A stretch of DNA of 64,000 bases. Source: a bacterium. Lineage in GTDB: Bacteria; Patescibacteriota; Patescibacteriia; Patescibacteriales; UBA12465. The stretch is taken from NCBI GenBank assembly GCA_035400585.1, contig DAOMZR010000002.1, positions 145,121-209,120 of the forward strand. Direction: 5' to 3'. The notes beneath the pieces were generated by a model that worked only from the letters and a program-made list of their open reading frames with translations, was not told the origin of the DNA and ran no database searches. Position numbers and translations under genes: made by a program. This document shows, in pieces, positions 57,615 through 64,000 of this stretch. Within the stretch, counting starts at the first letter, position 1, and the number at the start of each line of letters is the position of its first letter.

Positions 57615-59306
57615 ATGAAAGATCAAAATAAAAAAGGAAAATATAAAATTGCTTATTTTAGTATGGAAATAGCCTTGGAAAATGATATTAAAACTTATGC
57701 TGGCGGTTTGGGTGTTTTAGCTGGAGATACTTTGAGATCGGCCGCTGATCTTGGTTTGCCAATGTTAGGAGTTACTTTGTTAAATGATCTTGGTTATTTT
57801 AAACAAAAAATAGGATTAAATGGTCAGGAAGAATTAAAGTCAAACTATAATTTGTCAAAATTAAAAAAACTACCAAACAAGATTAAAATTAAAATTGGAA
57901 AAGACGATGTCTGGGTTGGTGTTTGGCAGTATTTAATTAATGGTAGGGGCGAATATCCTGTTCCTGTTTACCTGCTTGATACTAATATTTCCGGCAATTC
58001 GCCGAAATATTCCAGTCTAACTGGACAGCTTTATGGCTCGGGCAGAGATTATCGTTTAATGCAAGAAATTGTTTTGGGAAGGGGCGGGGTTAAAATATTA
58101 CAATCTTTAGGCCATAAACATCTAAGAAAGTTTCATATTAACGAAGGTCATGGCAGTTTGGCGGCGGTTGAATTATTTTCGGCCTCCAAAGAAAAAAGAA
58201 ACGAAGATAAAATTGAAGAGGTTAGAAGAAAGTGTGTTTTTACAACCCACACTCCCGTAGATGCCGGACACGATATTTTTCCTTTAGACTTTTTTTTAGA
58301 ATATCAAAATGATTTTCCTTATAAGTTAAAAAATTTAGTAGACAATAAAATTGTTAATATGACCAAGGTCGGCTTATTTTTTAGTAATTTTATAAATGGG
58401 GTTGCCTTGAGTCATCAAAAAGTTTCCAACAAAATGTTTCCCGAATATCCAATACACGCGATAACCAACGGTGTTCATTCAGAAACTTGGACGTCACCAG
58501 CTTTTCAAAAAATTTATGATAAATATATTCCTAATTGGAGAAATTCTAATTTATCATTAAGAAATGTTTTTAACATTCCCCTATCTGTTATTTGGCAGGC
58601 ACATCAAAAGTCAAAAAAACAATTGATTAATTATATTTATAAGAAACAAAAAACAAAACTTGATCAAGATGTTTTTACTATTGGATTTGCCAGAAGATTT
58701 ACTGGGTATAAAAGATCTAATCTTTTGTTTCAAGACATAAAAAGACTTTTGAGTATTCATCATAATTTTGGCCAAATTCAAATTATTTATGCCGGGAAAG
58801 CACATCCTAACGATATTGATGGTAAAAAGTTCATTAAGGACATTTTAGAAATAAAAGAAAAATATAAAAATGAAATAAAAGTTATTTTTTTAGAAGGATA
58901 TGAAATGAATTTAGCCAAACTAATGGTGGCCGGTGTTGATATTTGGCTAAACACGCCACTTCCTCCAAATGAAGCCTCTGGAACTAGTGGAATGAAGGCG
59001 GCCCATAATGGAGTTCCGCATTTTAGTACTTTAGATGGTTGGTGGATTGAAGGATATATTAAAGATAAAACTGGTTGGGCTATTGGCAAAAGAAGAAAAG
59101 GATCAAGCTTGGCAGAATTAAACAAGAAGGATGCCGAAAGCTTGTATTATACTTTGGAAAATAAAATATTGCCTCGTTATTACGGTAATTTAAAAAAATG
59201 GCAAGAAACAATGCAGCATACAATTGCTATAAATGCTTCATTTTTTAATACAGAAAGAATGCTCCAGCAATATATACAAGAAAATTATTTTGTTAGTGGA
59301 AATTAA
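57615..59306 (+). CDS. glgP: Alpha-glucan (glycogen/maltodextrin) phosphorylase, short form
   Basis: AYFSMEI, YAGGLGVLAGD, HINEGH, FTTHTP, ITNGVH, FARRF..YKR, EASGTSGMKAA (PLP lysine). Confidence 0.94.
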   Translation: MKDQNKKGKYKIAYFSMEIALENDIKTYAGGLGVLAGDTLRSAADLGLPMLGVTLLNDLGYFKQKIGLNGQEELKSNYNLSKLKKLPNKIKIKIGKDDVWVGVWQYLINGRGEYPVPVYLLDTNISGNSPKYSSLTGQLYGSGRDYRLMQEIVLGRGGVKILQSLGHKHLRKFHINEGHGSLAAVELFSASKEKRNEDKIEEVRRKCVFTTHTPVDAGHDIFPLDFFLEYQNDFPYKLKNLVDNKIVNMTKVGLFFSNFINGVALSHQKVSNKMFPEYPIHAITNGVHSETWTSPAFQKIYDKYIPNWRNSNLSLRNVFNIPLSVIWQAHQKSKKQLINYIYKKQKTKLDQDVFTIGFARRFTGYKRSNLLFQDIKRLLSIHHNFGQIQIIYAGKAHPNDIDGKKFIKDILEIKEKYKNEIKVIFLEGYEMNLAKLMVAGVDIWLNTPLPPNEASGTSGMKAAHNGVPHFSTLDGWWIEGYIKDKTGWAIGKRRKGSSLAELNKKDAESLYYTLENKILPRYYGNLKKWQETMQHTIAINASFFNTERMLQQYIQENYFVSGN

Positions 59307-59331
59307 TACTAATTATATTTAATAATAAATT

Positions 59332-62061
59332 ATGGTAATAGAAAAAAATGATAAAAAAGTAATGTGGTATTCATTAGATATTAAGGATGTTTTTAAAACA
59401 TTAAAATCATCTGAAGATGGTTTAAGTTCTCAAGAAGTTTTTGACAGGCAAAAAGAATTTGGTTTAAACAAACTACCAGAACGCAAGGTTCCTAATATTT
59501 TTATTATTTTTTTACATCAATTTTTAAGCCCATTGATTTATGTATTAATTTTCGCTGGCTCTATATCTCTTTTTTTAGGAGAAATAACCGATGCTCTTTT
59601 TATTTTTGGTGCCATAGTTTTTAATGCTTTAATTGGTGCTTGGCAGGAAAATAAAGCTGAAAAAAATGCAGCTTCTTTGCAAAATCTTTTAAAAATAAAA
59701 GCCAGAGTTAAAAGACATGGAATCGAAAAAGATATTGATGCCGAAGATTTGGTTGTTGGGGATATAGTGTTTTTGGAATCAGGATCGAAAGTTCCAGCAG
59801 ATTTAAGATTATTTGAAAGTAAAAATTTACTCGTTGATGAGTCTTTTTTAACTGGTGAGTCAGAAGCTGTTATCAAGGATACTCTTAAATTAAAGAAAGA
59901 AATAGCCGTTAGCAAAAGAAATAATATGGTTTTTGCCGGTGCTTCAGTTATTTCTGGCCGGGCTCAAGGAGTTGTTGTTGAGGTTGGGTTAAATACCGAG
60001 GTTGGTCAAATTGCCGACATTATTTTATCTTCCCAAAAAACAAAATCACCATTAATAATAAGAATGGAGGGTTTTACAAAAAAAGTTTCCTATATCATAT
60101 TATTTCTTTATGCTCTTTTCGCAATAATTTCTATTTTAAAAGGAGTGGCACCACTGGAAGTTTTCTTTTTGGTTGTTGCTTTGGCAGTTTCCTCCATACC
60201 AGAAGGCCTGCCAGTGGCCTTAACCGTGGCTTTGTCAGTTGCTACTAACAGAATGTCAAAAAGAAATGTTGTTGTTAGAAAGCTAACCGCCGTTGAAGGT
60301 CTTGGAAGTTGCACAATGATTGCTAGCGACAAAACTGGAACCTTAACTGTTAACCAACAAACAGCTAAGTTAATTTATTTGCCCGACGGAACCGAAATTA
60401 ATATTTCTGGCCAAGGATATAATGGAATTGGCTCTCTTGAAGTGGATGGTTTAAGCGATAATAACAAAAAAAATATTTTTGAAATTATTAAAAATTCCAC
60501 TTTGAGTAATGAAGGAAAATTATGGAGATCAAAAAAGGTTTGGCACTATCATGGTGATTCAATGGATGTAGCTTTTTTATCGATGACTTATAAGGCCGGT
60601 TTTTCCGTCGAAGATATTAATGATTCTGTGGATCATTTATTAGATATTCCCTATGAATCAGAAAGAAGATATTCGGCTAAAATTTATCGTGATAAAAATT
60701 CTAATCAATTTAAAATAGCTGTTAAAGGCTCTGTTAGTCGAGTTTTGGATTTTTGTTCCAAATCCAGTTTAATAGAAAACCCCCTGGAATTGGACAAAAA
60801 CAAAATAAAAAAAGAAGGAGAAAGATTGGCCTCTTTGGGATATCGTGTTTTAGCCGTGGCTTATGGCAGTTTTAATTTTGCAGAATCTGATTTAAAAAAG
60901 TTCGATGAGAAAAAAATAAAAGATTTACATTTCTTGTCCCTAGTTTGTTTTATAGATCCTCTGAGAAAAAATTCAAAACAAGCCGTGGAAGAGTGTAAAA
61001 GGGCCGGCATAAAAGTTATAATGATCACTGGTGATCATCCAGCCACTGCCTTGTTTATTGCCAAAGAGCTTGGTATTGCTCGCTCTGAAAAAGATGTTAT
61101 TACTGGAGAAAAGCTTGGCTTGGCTGATTTAGAAATTACCCCTGAATTTGTTACCTTAGTAAAAAAAACTAGCGTTTTTGCAGGGGTTTCTCCTTTACAA
61201 AAATTAAAAATAGTTAATGCCTTGGTTAAAATGGGCCATTTTGTAGCTGTAACTGGCGATGGAGTAAATGATGCCCCAGCGCTTAAACAAGCTAATATTG
61301 GTGTTGCTATGGGGTCAGGAACTGATGTTGCCAAGGAAACATCAACCATGATAGTAGTTGATGATAATTTTGCTTCCATCGTAGCCGGAGTCGAAGAAGG
61401 TCGTTTTGCTTATGATAATATTCGTAAGGTTATTTATTTTGTTATTTCTAGTGGTGTGGCAGAAATATTTATTTTTTTGATGGCGGTTATTTTAAATTTA
61501 CCCCTACCACTTTTTGCAGCTCAGCTTCTTTGGTTAAATCTTGTAACTAATGGAATTCAAGACATATCTTTATCTTTTGAGTCCGGTGAAAAAGGTGTAA
61601 TGAATAGACCCCCAAGATCGCCAAAAGAAAATATTTTTGATAAATTAATGACCCAACAAACATTAATTTCTGGTTTATTTATTGGAGCCATTAGTTTTGT
61701 CGTTTGGTATTATTTGTTGAAGGTTCTAAACTGGGAGGAGTCTTTGGCTAGAAATTTTTTATTGATGCTGATGGTTTTCTTTCAAAACATACATGCTTTA
61801 AATTGTCGTTCAGAATCAAATTCAACCTTTAAAATGCCAATTAAAAGAAATTTCTTAATTTTTGTCGGTATTCTTTCGGCTCAGTTATTGCATATTTTTG
61901 CGACTTATAATCCATTTTTGCGCAAAGTTCTAAATACTCAGCCAATATCCCTTGAAGAGTGGTTTTATTTATTATTAATATCTTCTTCTGTTTTGTGGAT
62001 AATGGAAATCTTTAAGATAGTTAAAAAGAAAATGAAAAATAATTTTTCTAAAAATGTTTAA
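59332..62061 (+). CDS. P-type cation-transporting ATPase (type IIA-like)
   Basis: LTGES, IPEGLP, DKTGTLT phosphorylation site, MITGD, TGDGVNDAPALK, LWLNLVTN. Confidence 0.94.
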   Translation: MVIEKNDKKVMWYSLDIKDVFKTLKSSEDGLSSQEVFDRQKEFGLNKLPERKVPNIFIIFLHQFLSPLIYVLIFAGSISLFLGEITDALFIFGAIVFNALIGAWQENKAEKNAASLQNLLKIKARVKRHGIEKDIDAEDLVVGDIVFLESGSKVPADLRLFESKNLLVDESFLTGESEAVIKDTLKLKKEIAVSKRNNMVFAGASVISGRAQGVVVEVGLNTEVGQIADIILSSQKTKSPLIIRMEGFTKKVSYIILFLYALFAIISILKGVAPLEVFFLVVALAVSSIPEGLPVALTVALSVATNRMSKRNVVVRKLTAVEGLGSCTMIASDKTGTLTVNQQTAKLIYLPDGTEINISGQGYNGIGSLEVDGLSDNNKKNIFEIIKNSTLSNEGKLWRSKKVWHYHGDSMDVAFLSMTYKAGFSVEDINDSVDHLLDIPYESERRYSAKIYRDKNSNQFKIAVKGSVSRVLDFCSKSSLIENPLELDKNKIKKEGERLASLGYRVLAVAYGSFNFAESDLKKFDEKKIKDLHFLSLVCFIDPLRKNSKQAVEECKRAGIKVIMITGDHPATALFIAKELGIARSEKDVITGEKLGLADLEITPEFVTLVKKTSVFAGVSPLQKLKIVNALVKMGHFVAVTGDGVNDAPALKQANIGVAMGSGTDVAKETSTMIVVDDNFASIVAGVEEGRFAYDNIRKVIYFVISSGVAEIFIFLMAVILNLPLPLFAAQLLWLNLVTNGIQDISLSFESGEKGVMNRPPRSPKENIFDKLMTQQTLISGLFIGAISFVVWYYLLKVLNWEESLARNFLLMLMVFFQNIHALNCRSESNSTFKMPIKRNFLIFVGILSAQLLHIFATYNPFLRKVLNTQPISLEEWFYLLLISSSVLWIMEIFKIVKKKMKNNFSKNV

Positions 62062-62518
62062 AATTAAAATATTTATTTTTTTATTTTTGTGTTTGTTTGT
62101 TTTTTTGCTTTTTTACTTTTTTCGTTCAAGACCTGTGGATAAAACAGAGTTTCAGGAAAGTCTTTTAGCTAAAATAAAAATTAGTAATATAGAAATTGAA
62201 GTTGAGCCAGTCATTTCTGACCACAAACAGTACCTTGGTTTAAGCAACCGAGAATCAATTTCTGATAATTTTGGTATGCTTTTTTTGTTTCCCGACAAAA
62301 GGGTGAGGTCGTTTGTCATGCGCGACATGAACTTTACTCTTGATATTGTTTTTATTAATGAAAATGAAATAGTTGGTATTTATAAAAATCTTCCATTTGA
62401 TCAAAAAAATCAAGAAAAAATTTATAATTCGCCCGTGCCAGTTGATAAAGTTTTGGAGTTGAGGGGTGGCTTTTGTGATCTTCATAAAATTTCTGTTGGC
62501 GACTTTTTATCTTTTTGA
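62054..62518 (+). CDS. DUF192 family exported protein
   Basis: GLSNR, GMLFLF, F.M.DM.F.LDI.FI, VLEL.GG. Confidence 0.85.
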   Translation: MFKIKIFIFLFLCLFVFLLFYFFRSRPVDKTEFQESLLAKIKISNIEIEVEPVISDHKQYLGLSNRESISDNFGMLFLFPDKRVRSFVMRDMNFTLDIVFINENEIVGIYKNLPFDQKNQEKIYNSPVPVDKVLELRGGFCDLHKISVGDFLSF

Positions 62519-62639
62519 TTTTTCTTGATTTTTATTGTTGTTTTATTTTTTTTATGTTATAATTAATTTAGATTTAAGTTTAAATTATATAGGAATTGGT
62601 CGGTTCCTATTCTAAACAATAAAATAATTTTTCAAAATT

Positions 62640-62813
62640 ATGAAAAAGGTAGCTAAAAAGAAAGTTGCAAAGAAACCAGTAGCTAAAAAGAAAGTTGCAA
62701 AGAAACCAGTAGCTAAAAAGAAAGTTGCAAAGAAACCAGTAGCTAAAAAGAAAGTTGTAAAGAAAGTTGCAAAGAAACCAGTAGCTAAAAAGAAAGTTGC
62801 AAAAAAGAAATAG
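62640..62813 (+). CDS. Histone-H1-like Lys/Ala-rich repeat peptide (57 aa), not in ORF track
   Basis: MKK(VAKKKVAKKP)x3 VAKKKVVKKVAKKP VAKKKVAKKK*; TGTTATAAT extended -10 upstream and terminator downstream. Confidence 0.8.
   Translation: MKKVAKKKVAKKPVAKKKVAKKPVAKKKVAKKPVAKKKVVKKVAKKPVAKKKVAKKK
62649..62810 (+). repeat. 30-bp tandem repeat GTAGCTAAAAAGAAAGTTGCAAAGAAACCA
   Basis: Exact copies at 62649, 62679 and 62709; variant at 62739; partial copy at 62781. Confidence 0.95.
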
Positions 62814-62827
62814 TTTTTCTTAAAAAC

Positions 62828-62862
62828 AAGGGCGCTGTTAATTTGGAGCGCTTTTGTTTTTG
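62828..62862 (+). terminator. Intrinsic terminator
   Basis: AAGGGCGCT...AGCGCTTTT hairpin then T-rich tract. Confidence 0.55.
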
Positions 62863-62948
62863 GTGGGAACAATTTGATTTTGTCTGTTAAAAGTTTTATA
62901 ATTAATTAGTTTTAATTTTAAGCATTACGCTACTTCTTTAGTTGAGTT

Positions 62949-64000
62949 ATGTATTTAGAAAAATTAGAGTTGCAAGGATTTAAATCCTTTGCCAATAAAA
63001 ACAAATTAGTTTTTTCTGGAATTATAAACGGAAAAAAAAGAGGCATAACTTCTGTTGTCGGACCCAATGGTTCTGGCAAATCAAATATTGCTGACGCTAT
63101 ACGTTGGGTTTTGGGGGAACAGAGCTCTAAGCTTCTTCGCAGTAAAAAAAGCGATGATGTTATTTTTGTTGGTTCAGACAAAAAGGCCAGATTAAATTTT
63201 GCTGAAGTTTCTCTTTTTTTAAACAATCAAGATCCTAATTTTAAGTTTAAAGATGTTTATATAGAGGGTAGTGGCGAAAACAATGGAGACGGAGAAAGTA
63301 AAAAAAATACAGAATCAGATAGCGTTGATGCTTTTTTAATGTTGCCAGAAATAGTTATAACCAGGCGCGTTTATAGGGATGGCCACAGTGAATATTTAAT
63401 TAATAATAATAAAGTTCGTTTAAGTGATGTTCAGATATTTTTAGCCAAGGCTAGTTTTGGACAAAAAACTTATAGTGTGATTGGACAAGGAATGGTGGAA
63501 AATTTTTTAAATACTAGTCCGGCCGAAAGAAAATCTTTTTTTGATGAGGCTACTGGCGTCAAACAATATCAAATCAAAAGAGATTTGTCTTTGGGAAAAC
63601 TAGAAACAAGCCAAGAAAATTTAGGCCAGGTTGAAATGTTGCTTAATGAAATAGAGCCTCGTTTAAATAGCTTAACTAGACAAGTTGGCAAGCTTAAAAA
63701 AAGAGAGCACTTAGAAGAAGAGCTGAAAAATCACCAGATAAATTATTACGGTTCTTTGTGGCAAGAGATAAATGAAAAGTTGCAAATTCTTAAAAAAGAT
63801 ATTCAAGAAAACGAAGAGGCCAAAGATAAAATAAAGTTAATCTTAAAAGATAAAAAAAACGAAATAGAAAAAATAAATCAAGAATCTTCTTTAAACGACG
63901 AATTTTTAAAGTTACAGAACGATCTTTCAGCTACTAAAAATGAACTTAATAATTTAGAAAAACAACAAGAACTTATCAGTTCCTGGGAGCTTCTTAGATC
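62949..64000 (+). CDS. smc: Chromosome segregation protein SMC (N-terminal part, runs off the window)
   Basis: MYLEKLELQGFKSFA, VGPNGSGKSNI.DAIRWVLGE.S.K.LR, YSVIGQG, FFDEATG, then coiled coil. Confidence 0.95.
   Translation, partial: MYLEKLELQGFKSFANKNKLVFSGIINGKKRGITSVVGPNGSGKSNIADAIRWVLGEQSSKLLRSKKSDDVIFVGSDKKARLNFAEVSLFLNNQDPNFKFKDVYIEGSGENNGDGESKKNTESDSVDAFLMLPEIVITRRVYRDGHSEYLINNNKVRLSDVQIFLAKASFGQKTYSVIGQGMVENFLNTSPAERKSFFDEATGVKQYQIKRDLSLGKLETSQENLGQVEMLLNEIEPRLNSLTRQVGKLKKREHLEEELKNHQINYYGSLWQEINEKLQILKKDIQENEEAKDKIKLILKDKKNEIEKINQESSLNDEFLKLQNDLSATKNELNNLEKQQELISSWELLR

Noticed and set aside
62649-62810. 30-bp repeats as a CRISPR array
   Set aside because: The repeats are contiguous with no spacers, stay in frame in a coding ORF, and no cas genes are present.
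62612-62872. Minus-strand 86-aa FFATFFLATG repeat ORF in the track
   Set aside because: Antisense shadow of the plus-strand Lys/Ala-rich peptide, which has the promoter and terminator context.

Overview
AT-rich (roughly 30% GC by eye), genetic-code-11 bacterial chromosome segment spanning the probable replication origin. Gene content and style point to a Patescibacteria/CPR (Parcubacteria-like) genome; this is inference from giant pilin-tipped Cys-rich surface proteins, Elp3, an archaeal-type cytidylate kinase, truncated GlmU/UDP-glucose dehydrogenase and no visible Shine-Dalgarno motifs. Left part: prepilin peptidase, O-antigen-ligase-like protein, secF, secD, clpP, a ~13.5 kb surface-protein cluster, sugar-nucleotide genes, a Trm9-like methyltransferase, recQ, folD, a type IV pilin-FISUMP gene broken by an in-frame TAA, glyA, elp3 and a glycan operon. 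Centre: dnaN, oriC, dnaA, an HTH-GHKL-STAS regulator, rplS, cmk, rpmH-rnpA-yidD-yidC and two parS-like palindromes. Right part: PBP1A, dksA-like, lspA, truB, glgP, a P-type ATPase, a histone-H1-like repeat peptide and the start of smc. Eight tRNA genes are present. Best leads: (1) a GC-rich ~130-nt structured element downstream of tRNA-Val that carries both a direct and an inverted copy of the tRNA 3' end; (2) Elp3 plus a Trm9/ALKBH8-like methylase, suggesting eukaryote/archaea-type wobble-U modification; (3) a pilin-FISUMP gene with a DGR-target-like C-terminus; (4) a one-protein HTH-kinase-STAS regulator with phased operator repeats; (5) a small ORF whose 5' and 3' UTRs are complementary. 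All family assignments come from motif recognition only; no searches were run.
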